In this document: positions 48,701 to 62,100 of the stretch, piece by piece | Position numbering within the stretch: position 1 is the first letter of the stretch | Layout: every line of letters starts with the position of its first letter | NCBI RefSeq assembly: GCF_018350175.1 | Contig: NC_058383.1 | Span: 9,178,001 to 9,242,000 of the forward strand | Reading direction: 5' to 3' | From: Felis catus | Taxonomy: Eukaryota | DNA: 64,000 nucleotides | Translations under genes and position numbers: made by a program | The notes under the pieces: generated by a model | Seen by the model: the letters and a program-made list of their open reading frames with translations, nothing else | Told to the model about the DNA's origin: nothing | The model's database searches: none

Positions 48701-51478
48701 GACCTTGTATAAGACCCCAGGGTGTGGGTCTTTGGAGAAGTGTTATGGGCTCAGGGGTGGAAAAAGGCCTCAATCCTAGTAGATGTTATGGGAAGCCTTC
48801 TGGAAGAGGGAACATTTAAACTGAGGTTTGGATAGGCGGGGAGAGGGTGATTGATCCCCTCTGTGTCCTCTTCCTGCATCCTGGGCTCATCACACTTACC
48901 AGTGCACCTGGTAGACGTTCGACGTTTGAGTGAATGAAGGGGTAAATGAATGGCAGAGAGACTGGATGAGGCTAGTGTGCAGGCGGCCTTGGTGACCAGG
49001 AGCAAGAGTCTCTCCCAGTCCTGCTGCTGAGGGCTACTGTCTGGAGTAGAGCCCTTGGATGGTTAGGACAGAACGATGAAACTTGCCCCTGTCTACTTCC
49101 CTGTTGCTGTGGGGGTTGGCACCGAGCATAAGTGTCGGGTTTGGAAGTAAGGGGAGCTGGATAGGAGCCCTTTACTGGTGGGATCTTTATCAGTTGTGCA
49201 ACTCTGGGACCTGGGGTCACAACCTCTTCTCCTGACTCACCACCACCCTCAGCCCAAACTGCTTGGCCAGATTTTTGGAACTAGCCCCAAAGGGTGCCAG
49301 GCACAGAAGGCATCTGTTCCCTTCATGTTCCTGTTGGACCTGAAGGACACTGTGACGTCCCAGCTCACCCAGGTCCCTGTTTCTGCGGAGCAGGTGAAAA
49401 CATGTCAGAATCACTGAGGACCGGGGTGGTGGTTCTCATTTTAGAGCTGGGAATGAAGACAGCCCAGGGAACTCGATGGCCTCGAGACCTCACAGCTAGT
49501 GAGAGGCAGAGCTGGGGTCCGTGTCTCCAAAGCAGAGCCCTTCCTCACCCTCCTGCTGTCCTTGAGGAAGCTCCGAGGGCGCACCCCACCATCGGCCTAT
49601 TGGGAAACAGGGTCAGCTGGCCGGGCTTTCTGCAGCGCGTCGTGCAGATGGGAGAGACAGCCCAGCTGCCCTGCCTGGCGGCCTCTCGCCCTCCCAAAGC
49701 AGCCATCCATCTTGCACTGATTGGGTCCAGCCCAGCAGCTTCCCGGATGAGCCATGGGCACCTGGCCAGCCTGCTCAGCACCTTCTCTCCCCGTCTCTGT
49801 CTCAGGCGGTCTGTCTTCCTGTCCGTCCCTCTGTTGAATCCTTGTCTCTCTCCTTCTCTCTCTCTCTCTGGGTCTGTTGTCTCTACCACAGTGTGTCTAT
49901 CTCTCTGTCATTACCGTTCTCTAATCTCTGTTTTTTTCGAGGGGGGGGGGGGACGGAGCTCAGCCTCAGGACCTTCTCCCTGCTCTTTCCCCTGCCTTGG
50001 GAGGATCCCCAGGACATCCAGCCCCTTGGGAATGCTCTCTACTCTGCATAACCCAGTGGATAAAAAAACTACTAAAAACAAAACAACCCCCCCAAAAAAA
50101 CCCAAAAAAACAAAACAAAACAAAAAAACAAAACAAAAACCCACAAACGACCAAGCAGGGTACACCGTGGTCACGCTCCTATTTGTTCAAGCCCTTGACT
50201 TCCTCTTCCCTTTGTAATGAAGCTCAAGAGGGCCTGAATCGTACCCATCTCGGAGGCGGAAGTGTGCCCCAGAGATCAGTTAGGGGAACAAGATGTGTGA
50301 GTGGCAGGCCTCTGTGCCAGGCAGAAGGGAGAGGTATGAAGGTCCAAGCCATGAGGTGTCCTGCCAGTTCTGCTCCTTCCAAATGCCTCGAACAAGTCCC
50401 CTTCCTTGGGGCTCGGGCCTTGCAGCTCTGTGACTCGTCCCTTTGCCCAAACAGCCGGTCCCGGGTGGCATTCCTGAGGCCTGTGGCCTGATGGGAGTTT
50501 GCCTTTTCCCCAGGCCCTGCCTCCTGGGATTCCAGCATCCACAGGACAAGCGTCTTGCATCAGAGCCTCCAGGGGAAGCTCTTTAACCTTTAACCTTAGC
50601 CATGACTACTCCCCAGAATTTTCTTCAGGCCTTGGGGGGTCCTCTGAGAATGACGACACTCCTGTGTCACATCTACTTCCCTCCTCCCCACTCCCTGCTC
50701 TTCCCTGTCCCTGAGGCCTCCCGCGCCTGACTCCCTCCTGGCCTCTATTTCCCTTACCTAGCTCAGTCCTTGGCCCATCTGGGCCCTCACTCCTTTGCTA
50801 TATCAGGCTCCCTCCCTGTCCCCCAGACCCTTGGCCCCTCAACAACTTGGCCACAGCTGACCACTGCCCGCTCCGGGTGATCTGACCTTCGCCTTCTTAG
50901 CTAAGACTCACATTGCCAGGGCTGCAGGTGAAAAGCACAAGTCTGTGCGGACAGGGGCCCTGTGTGGTGGCCTCTGGGTCCAGCCGGTCCTGGAATGGCC
51001 GGTCTTTCCCCAGCTCGCTCCCCCATCCTCCCCAGATACTTCCTCAAACCTCCCTCCTCCTCTCATGACTCAGCAGCGAATGACTTCAGCTTCTCCTTCT
51101 CAGAGAAAGAGGTTCCCAGGAACCTCCCTGCTTTTCACTCAGAGACCCATCCACCCACCTGCCATCCCAGCTGACCCCTCTGGGGTCTGGGGACCCTGCC
51201 CTCTCCCACCTCAGCTCACCCCCCCGTCCCTCCCAGTCCTCTCCTCTTCCAGCCACTCCTCTGAGCACTGAAACAACCCTCAGCCTCCTCCGGAACAAAT
51301 AAAACCCTCCCTCTGCCTGAGCTGCCAGAACATAGGCTTCTCTCTCCTTCATCTGACCATCAAATTGCTGACGAAAGCAGTCGGCTCCACGTTTTAACTC
51401 TTCACCCCTTTACCCCTTGCTGTCCAAATTGCTGGCCTAGGCCAACAAAGACGCCCTAACTCAAGAAAAGGCCTTCCT

Positions 51479-51631
51479 GGGGCTCCTGGGTGGCTCAGTG
51501 GGTTGAATGTCTGACTTCGGCTCAGGTCATGATCCCGTGGTTCGTGCGTTTGAGCCCCGCATCCGGCTTTGCACTGACAGTGTGGAGCCTACTTCAGATC
51601 CTCTGTCTCCCTCTCTCTCTGCCCCTCCCCT

Positions 51632-51676
<45 letters not shown>

Positions 51677-54600
51677 AATAAATATTGAGAAAGAAAGAAA
51701 GAAAAAGAGAGAGAGAGAGAAAGAAAGAAAAGGTCTTCCTTTCTGCCCTCACATGAGTTTTCTGCAGGCATCTGGCAACATGGCCATAGAGCACCAGGAG
51801 GATCTGGTGATCACATCATTCCATGATCCCTGAGACACAGGAACTCTGGTTTTCCTGGTGCTCCCTCCAGGTCTCCTCTTTTTTTTTTATTTTTTTTCAA
51901 CGTTTATTTATTTATTTTTGGGACAGAGAGAGACAGAGCATGAACGGGGGAGGGGCAGAGAGAGAGAGGGAGACACAGAATCGGAAACAGGCTCCAGGCT
52001 CTGAGCCATCAGCCCAGAGCCTGACGCGGGGCTCGAACTCGCGGACCGTGAGATCGTGACCTGGCTGAAGTCGGACGCTTAACCGACTGCGCCACCCAGG
52101 CGCCCCCTTCCAGGTCTCCTCTTGAGCCCATGCGTGAGGGCCTGCTGTTTCAGATTTCTACTTCCGGCCCCAACCTGGGCATCTCATTCGGATATTCTTT
52201 CTTTCTTTCAACGAAATTAAATTTTAAATTTTATTAATTTGTTTTTTATATTTTCAGCCCAGCATAGTTAACATACATATAGTGCTGTATCAGTTTTGTG
52301 TGTGCAATACAATGATTCAACAACCCTATACTTAGATACTCTTTTTTATTTATTTACTTATTTTTGAGAGAGAGAGTGAGCACGAGTGGGGGAGTGGCAG
52401 AGAGAGAGGGAGAGAGAATCCCAAGCAGGCTCTGCCATGTGAGGCGGAGCCGGATGCAGGGCTCAGACTCAGGAACTGTGAGATCATGACTTCAGCTGAA
52501 ACCAAGAGTCAGACGTTTGACTGACTGAGCCACCCAGGCGCCCCTAGATACGCTTTCACACTTGTCACTTCCCAACTGAGCCCATCACCTTTCCCTTAAG
52601 CCTGTTCTATCTCGGAGAATGGGATCATCTTGGGAGTCATGCTGGGTATGTCCCACCTCCCACAGCCACTACAACGGCCGGCCCTGACCCAACCTCCCAC
52701 CTCTCACAGGAACCCCCCAAGTGGTCTCCCTCCCTCTGGCCTTCTTCCCATCCAGTTCATCCTCTGTCCCAGCTGCCACAGTGCCTGTGTTCTAAAATGC
52801 CAATTTTTTCTGCCTTGCGTGAAACCTCTCCTAGCTGAAGATTCTGAAGGGCTGGTCCATTCTGAGATTCCCAACCTTGGTTCCTCTTGGCACCTTTTTA
52901 CTTGTTCTCTCCTCCCTAGAACCCAGGAAAGCCCCGTGATATCACAGATAGCCAGCAAAGCCCCGTGACATCATTGGGTGCTTCTGATCTGCACGGGAGA
53001 ACCTGAGTTCAGATCATTTTAGAGAAGGTATCAAAATGTAAAGGTTTTAGTGTTAGCCCAAGTGGCTTGTTTTGACCTGATGTGTCATGAGTCATTGGTT
53101 CCTCATTTGGCAAAGGAGGGACAGAGTTCCAGAGAAGAGAAGTAATTTGTTTAAAGTTATTCAGCAAGTCATTAGTGGAGCAGTTCTGTTCACTGTCCCA
53201 GGGCCCGGAACCCAGCATGGATGGCCACCCCCGTGGGCTGTACACCTGGAAACTGCGGTCCTTCCAACTTCTCTGGGAGGGCTTTTGCTCTGATTCACTC
53301 CCCTAGAGACCACACTCCTTCCTGTGAATGAGTAAGTCACTTACTTCCTCCCTCCGTTAGAAACAGACCCAGCTGGGGGCACCTGGGGGGCTCAGTCGGT
53401 TGAGTGTCCACCTTTGGCTCAGGTCATGATCTCACGGTTCGTGAGTTTGAGCCCTGCATCTGTCAGTGCAGAGCCGGCTTCAGATCCTCTGTCCCCCTCT
53501 CTCTGTCCCTCCCCCACTTGTGCGCCCTCTCCCCCCAAAATAAACATTGAAAAAAGTTAAAAAAAAAAACATTGGAACATTGAAAAAACAAACATCGAAA
53601 AAAGTTAAAACAAAACAAAACAAAACAAAAACAAAAACCAAGAGGGGCGCCTGGATGGCTCTGACATCGCCTGGATGGCGATGAGCCCCTGACTTCAGCT
53701 CCCATGATCTCGAGGTTTGTGAGTTTCAGCCCCACGTCAGGCTCTGTGCTGACAGCTCAGAGCCTGGAGCCTGCTTCATACTCTGCGTCTCCCTCTCTCT
53801 GCTCCTCCCCTGCTCACACCCTGTCTCTCTCTTTCTCTCTCTCTCTCAAAACTAAATAAAAACATCAAAAAAGAAAAAGAAATAGGCCCAGCTGGGTGCT
53901 TCTGGATGGTGGATAAGGAGTAAGAGACACATGAACCTCCTTTATGACCCAAAGCCTCCACTTACTAGCTGTATGACCTGGACAGGTTACTTATCTTCTG
54001 TGTGCCTTGGGTTCCTCATCTGTGCTATGGGTTCTCTAGTGTCTATAGGGGCATGGGAACAATCACATCCGCTCTCCTGTTGTTTTTTCTCACCTATTGG
54101 CCTTTCCCAGCTCTCTGAGATTAGAGACTAAGGTGAGGACTTGGGGGGAGGAGCATCGATTATAGACCCCCAGGTAAGACTTGGACGTAGCTGGGCACCC
54201 AGCCTGGGTTGGGGGAAGGGGCGCTGCTGCCATGAGGTTGGAGACCAAACCCCTCCTCTTTGTCACGAAGTGTCCTTCGGCCTCGTAGAAGCCTCTGTGC
54301 GCAGGGAATCGGTACTGCGTGTCCTGGCAATCTCTTTTTGGCCATCTTTCCGTTCGCATCGCCTATCAGGCACTCTGGAGGTAGAAAAGCATGTGCTCAA
54401 ACCTACTCTCCGCTGCTGGGGAAACCGTCCAGTGTGGAGACCACAGGGCTTCAGCGTTCCGGCCTTACACATAAAAGGTTTTTGGGGAGAAGCCTTCTCC
54501 TCCTTCTTGCAATGCTGGGAGGCAGAATGAGGAAAAATGGACAGATGCTCTGGGAACAGGAGTGCTGTCCCGAAGAGGAAGGGGGACCTCAGGAGAACAG

Positions 54601-56460
54601 CAAATGATCTGTGGCTGGAGGGGTGCTAGCAAGGGCCGACGCCCGGGAGGTGGGGTGCCGCGTAAGGAAGGGATTCCTGTCCTGGACTAACAGGAGTCCT
54701 CCTATTGTCCCTTCCAATTATGAACCCCAAACTCCAGGAAGACAGAGAGGAAGCCTGGCTGGGCCCGAAACTCAGAGCACGGTGCAGGCCCCACGCTCTC
54801 GAGTCGTCTTGGCTCACTCGAGGCTTGGCATGGAGGGAGTGCCTCTGGCCCCTGCCTGTCCCGGGGCCCGGAGTGAGGAGTTGGTGCGGAGTGTCTGTCC
54901 CCTGGTGCAGCCTGGGCTCCCGACTGCCTGCTGCGTCAGCACCAGTGTTCCTATTACATGACCGAGTGGGATTTGCACTCTGGAAGCATTAGTGCTGGGC
55001 TGACTCGGCAGAACGGCCAACACGAGAAAATGCCAGTTCCCCCCCCTCTCCCAGCCAGTTCTCAGAAGGCCTCATGGCCGCTTGACTTCCTCTTCAGGCA
55101 ACCCAGCCTCGCCTCCTTCAAAGTCACCAGGGCCTTTTGAGGTTACCCTGGCAGACCATGGGTGATAGGAAGAATCCCCCAGAGAGCTTTGAAAGCATAC
55201 AGTTCCCCGGACCCCACCCTTAGAGATTCTGACCCAGGATGTCTAAGCTGCACCTGGGACTCTATATTCTCGACACACTCCCCCAACCCCAGGTATTGGG
55301 AAGCAGTGATGTCCAGCCAGCTTGAGAATCACTGATTATCTGCTGACCCTTGACCCCCGATTCCTGCCCCAAGCCCTCCAGACCCGCTCGTGTCATCACC
55401 ACACAGCTCCAGCTGATGGAGAAATTGCTTCCTTGAGATGAGCAGGCATTGGTGGGCTCTCTGAAGCTTGCAATCCTCCAAAGATAGAAAGGTCCACCTC
55501 ACTCCGTGTGATCAGTTGGCAGGCTGCCACCGCCTCATCACTATCAGTCTCCCACGAGTCCTCCGTTGGAGTTCGAAGCCTCAGAACGCTGCTTCAGACC
55601 CCTCTACCGAGTCAAAGAACATATTCCTGCCATCGTACGATTCAGAGAGCAGGGTGGAGATTTCTCTTTAAGATTCAGTGGGGAGGGGCACCTGGGTGGC
55701 TCAGTCGGTTGAGTGGTTGAGCATCTGATTCTTGACTTCAGCTGAGATCATGATCTCATGTTTCATGAGTTCGAGCCCCATGTTGGGCTCAGTGCAGAGC
55801 CTGGTTGGGATCCTCTCCCTCCCTGTCCCTCTGACCCTCCCCCACTCGTGCTCTAACTCCCTCTCAAAAAATTAAATAAACTTAAACAGAAAAAGATTCA
55901 GTAGGGAATCTGAGGTCCAGATTGGTGAAGCATTTGGCCCAAGTTTACATAGCTGAGTTTTGGGAGAAGATCCTAGCTCAGGCGCCTCTGCTCTGGAACA
56001 CCTATCTCTTTCTTTTTACTTTATTATTATTATTTTAAAGGTTATTTATTTATTTATTTAATGTTTACTTATCGAATGCTTATTTATTTTTGAGAGAGAG
56101 AGAGCATGAGTAGGGTAGGGCAGAGAAAGAGATAGACACAGAATCTGAAGCAGGCTCCAGGCTCTGAGCCGTCTGCACAGAGCCTGAAGCGGGGCTCGAA
56201 CCCAGGAACCATGAGATCATGACCTGAGAGGAAGTCGAACAGAGCCACCCAGGCACCCCTATTTATTTTTTGACAGAAAGTGCACCACAGCAAGTTGGGG
56301 AGGGGCAGAGAGAGAGGGAGAGAGAAATGCCAAGCAGGCTCTACACTGTCAGCACAGAGCCCAGCACAGGGCTCGAACTCACGAACTGCAAGATTACAAC
56401 CTGAACTGAAACCAAGAGTCAGATGCTTAACCCACTGAGCCACCCAGGTGCGCCAGGAAC
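51479..56460. mobile_element. Additional Can-SINEs (about 51479 +, 52340-52543 -, 53375 +, 53644 +, 55686 +, 56010-56460 two minus copies)
   Basis: SINE heads, CT tracts and tails. Confidence 0.8.
51881..52108 (-). mobile_element. Young felid SINEC_Fc-type insertion
   Basis: Near-consensus, CpG-rich; perfect 15-bp TSD TCCAGGTCTCCTCTT at 51866-51880 and 52109-52123. Confidence 0.92.
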
Positions 56461-59103
56461 GCCCATCTCTTGGGAATGGCACAGTTTATCTCTTTGAGAC
56501 AATGACCCCCCCCCTTTTTTTTTTTTTTTTTTACTGTGACAGACATTCCATTGGTGTGTTAAATTTTGAATTTGGTTCTTTTTAGGGGAATGCAAAACTT
56601 AAAATGTAAAGATATGTCAGGAGCACCTGGATGGCTTAGTTGATGAAGCATGTGACTCTGGATCTCAGGATTATAAGTTCAAGCCTCACATTGGATGTAG
56701 AATTACTTAAAAAAAAAAAATGAAATCTTCAAAAAAAAAAATAAAGATCTATTAGACTTTTCAATCTCTTCCTCTTCATAGGAGATTTTAGGGGATTTGA
56801 GAGTTTGGTCCTGGAGTAGGGAAGCTGGTTTGGTGAGGAGTGGGTCAGCCGCCAGGGAGGCAGAACGGAGAATTTCTGCTGGTAGTGAGCCCCATGTCAA
56901 CAGGCCCTTCTTTGAAATCCTATACGGATGCTCTTCAAAACTATCCTTTCTGGCCATAGCCCTATCTGTTCCTGGGATTGTTTACGGTTCTGCTTTCCCG
57001 AGCTTTTGCTGCAACTTGCCCATGACCATTGCTTTTGGGGTAAAACTTTTCAAATCCCCCTCAAGAGGCTAGACCATCACCGGGCCAATCCTTTCTCGAA
57101 GTGGAGAGTCCCTTTCATTGAACCAAACTTCCCTGAAAACCTGCTCCATGCTAGGCTTGGAGCTCAGAGGTGGCTCAGGTGGAGCTCTGTCTTTGAGGAA
57201 CCCGTTTGTAAGACCTCAGGGAAAGACAGACTCATGCATATAAGGGTAATAAGGAGATTTAAACCCCTTGCCGGAAGTATTGTAGCATAGGAGCCGGTAG
57301 GGGCTCCAAAAGGGAGCAGTTCAGTTTAACTTACCGTATCTGAGTCTGAAAGATAGGAGGTAAGGATTGAATGGGGGTAGGAGTAGAAGGAGTTCCCTGC
57401 AGAAGGCATAGCTTTTGAGAAGGCCCGGAGTTGGACGAGGGTACTACATGGCTAAGAAATGCCCATCGAGTGCCCTGTGAAAAATGAAGCTAGAGACGTA
57501 GGCAGGGGCACTTAGGAAAGCCTTGAACTCCAGGCTAAAGCAAAGTGACTTTGGCTCATATGCAAGGGGAGTGACATGTATGGTGGAGCCAAGGCAAGGG
57601 AAGGAGAAGATGGGATGTCTATTTGGAAAGATCTTTTCAATCTTTTACTGGAGAGGCTGGGAAGACATTGAGGCGGGCCAGCTGAAAGGCTGTTGCTACC
57701 GGCTGGCAGATCTTAAGAAGCAGCCGTCTAATTCTATTCTTTTATAGATGCACAGTCTGAGGCCCAGAGAGGTCAAGTGACTTGCTCAAGGTCACCCAGC
57801 AAGATCAATAGCAAAGTCAAGGCTTCAACCTGTGGGTCCTGCCTCCCAGCACAGGCTTCCTTCACTGCCCCACTCTCCTCAGGAGGGGGGGCCACCCACT
57901 GAGATTTCTTTTTCGTCCTTTGCTTCTGAATCTGTTATGTGCTCTGCCCCTACCACAGCCCAACCCTCGAAGAGAGTGACAGGGAAGTGTTCCCAGAGGA
58001 CAGGGCGGGGAGTATTGCCTGCTTCAGAAGATGTTGCTGCTGCTGCTGCCACCGCTGCTGCCGCCTCCCCGCCAATCAGGGAGCTTTCTAGCCGCAGGAG
58101 GAAGCCAGGAGCCAGGGGATGGGACTGCAGTGATTTATGACTGCACAGAAACAGCAGGACACTAATGTCTCTGGCCGGCCTACTTGTCTGCCAGCTCAGC
58201 CAGAGAGCATGGATCTAAAGGTCACGTCCTCCAGGGCTGGAGATGGGGCAGAGGGTCAGCCATACAAGGTGCTTGCCCAGGGCGCTCGTGTCAGGCCCAT
58301 CACCAGAGGGCAAGGCCCCTCCCTTCCTGAGCAGATGCCAAAGGGTAGATCCTCACAGCCTGGGCAGGGAAGGGTGCCCTTGCCATTGGGAGTCTGGACG
58401 ATCTCCCTGGGTTTGAATTCAGTCACTGATCATCTCAGTCACTGATGTGTGATCTTTGGCTGGTCATACAGCCTCTCCGTGCCTCAGCTTCCCGATCTAC
58501 AAAACAGGGATGATTTTGAGCCTCTCAGTCCTTGGGATTGAATCATCTCCCAGGTCTGCAGGTACAGATTCCCTGTTGCCGAGAGGCTAAAGAAGAGGAA
58601 CAAGCCGAATCTAGAACTTTGTCTTGTCGCGGCTGGGTGGGGCATCTAGCGCTCACTTCGTTTGATTTCTCACTTCAAAGTTGGGGAAATTAAAACCCTG
58701 AGACGGGGCAGGCTGTGCACACAGAGCCGGGGGTGGGGGGGCAGGCAGAAGCCAGGATGCTAGTTTTCCACCTCCTTGCTCCAGGTGTTTTTCAGCAGTA
58801 CCAGGCAGTGGCGAAAGAAGCCAGAAGATTAAGCCATTTGTTCTGTGTAATGTCGCTATACCTCTGAAGCAGCCCTCTCAACATCCAGGCGCGGCTGGGC
58901 TGCTGCAGCTTTAAGCTTAGAGTCTCAAAAAAAAAAAAAAAAAAAAAAAATCAAAAAGGAAAGGAGGGCAGGGCCAGCTCTCCCCTGCACCATTGGAGGG
59001 AAGCTTTGATGTGGGGACTGCAGATGTCATTCCTCTTTGGCTCTGGAACATCCTTTTCTTTGCATCTGCTTTCTTTTCCCAACCAGATTTGGCCTGGATT
59101 TTT

Positions 59104-59141
59104 ATAATAATAATAATAATAATTATTATTATTATTATTAT
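59104..59141. repeat. (ATA)n(TAT)n perfect 38-bp AT palindrome
   Basis: Base-paired by hand around the centre 59122/59123. Confidence 0.9.
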
Positions 59142-60899
59142 TATTTTAATGCACATTAAACTGGTGGGGGAAGGAACTGATGTGGAGAGGTCAGAGAGGC
59201 AGCCTGAAATGAGCCAGGAAGTTCCCAAGATTTTGCATCTGGGGCCTGAATCATCGACACATTTAATGCACAGGAGGACAAGCAGGGTTGGCTATGAGGG
59301 CTCATTGCCACGGACCTGCGATGCCCAGGCCTGGACCAGAGAGGAAGAGAGAGGAAGAGGAATGACTTGGTGAACACTCATGTAGGAGACAGGAGAAGGG
59401 GGAGAGTTTATTCACCCCCAGGACTGCATTTTGCTGAGTGTTGTAGTAAGAGAGGAGGGACTAGATGCTATGTCAGTGGTGGGGAGAGCAATTTCTAGAC
59501 CCTCTCCTCACTCAGTCCATCTCCTCCACTTCTGCTGGGGCAGCCTCCCTAAAGTGCATGCATTCATTAATTCATTTCTTTATTTCATACATTCTACAGA
59601 TTTACTGTGTGCCAGGCACCGTGCAGTGCTCTGAGGAGGCCACGATGATGGACGCAGGATGCAAATCTCATCATTTTTTGCCCTCGTTAAAATCTCTCAT
59701 AGGCTTCCTACTTATTTCAGGATAAGGACTTCACTCCCTTGCCTGCCATTCAGGGCTCCTCCTGTTCTGGCTCCCGACTCCATCCCCAACCCCACTCCCG
59801 GTCACTTAAGGCAACAAACACTTTGGATTCTTTGCCTAACAATAAATATGTCAGGGGAAAACGTGCCTCTGAGTCCTGCTGCCTGTGTCCTTTCCATGCT
59901 CTCAAATGCTACACATCCTTTTAAGAGCTGGGTTGGAAATGTTACCAACCTTCCTGGAGAAGCTTTTCAGAACCTCTTCCTATCCAGCCTGAAAGAATTA
60001 ACAAACAAACGAACAAACAAAACTTAACAGCACTTAAAACATTCTAAATTCCTTGAGGGCAGGATTCTGTGCCCTCTTCCTCTACCATCTAGCATAGAGC
60101 CTGAATAGTCCTTCACAGAGACTCCTCCATTCTAGATTCTCATACACAACACTTCATATCCTGTTGTTTTAACTCCTTATCACTTTCTAACATTTTACTC
60201 GACATATTTATCTTTATCTTACCTGTTTTGGGGGGGGTAGGGTTTTTTTGTGTCGTTCCTTGCTGTACCCCATTGCTTAGAACAGTGCTTGGAACACAGT
60301 AGGTGCTCTACAGATAACTGCCGGGGAAAAAAAAATGAAGCCAATAAAATGTGCAGTCAAAACTCTGGATGTGTAAGCTCCACGGAACGTTGAAAATGGA
60401 AGCATATGAGCAAGAATTTGTCAGCCCGACCTCAGTGTGTGCGTCTTAGGTGGGGAGAGAAGGGTTGGTCAACCCTCAGATAACAACCTCATGTGAAGCA
60501 TACAGTAGGCTCTTGGCAACAGAACTTAATCTTTGACACTCCACGCTGGAGAGGAAGGAGCTCCCCCGGGGGTCAGCCTGAAGACAGCTGCATCCTTTCT
60601 GTAAATGAACCAGTATGCCCGGCCAGTATTTGTCCTTCCATGTTTTCACCTCATCGGGTCCAAGAACCTCAAAGTGCGTGTGGGGAAATGGAAGCCTGTG
60701 GGGGAGGGTGACAGTTTAGCTCCCAATATTAAGCTCCGTAATTCAACCCATCCTGCCGGCGGGCACCACCCTGGCAAGTTTGGACCCACGGTGGACGCGT
60801 ATCCTCTCCTCTGTCCCTCCTTGGCCTGCTGCTACTTTATCTCTGAGACGGGGTCCAGGGCTGAGGTCCTGGCCCCCTCACCTCGTAATTTCCCGGAGA

Positions 60900-62100
<1,201 letters not shown>

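Noticed and set aside
49294..50217. 307-aa plus-strand ORF, the longest in the track
   Set aside because: No ATG at the called start, runs through CT-rich and (A/C)-rich low-complexity tracts, and has no recognisable domain or exon structure
14600..56460. tRNA-like A/B boxes and regularly recurring ~200-bp repeats (possible tRNA genes or a CRISPR-like array)
   Set aside because: These are tRNA-derived Can-SINE heads, irregularly spaced and in both orientations, in a mammalian genome
58993..59373. ORFs with poly-Ile resembling a transmembrane segment
   Set aside because: Translation of the (ATA)n(TAT)n microsatellite
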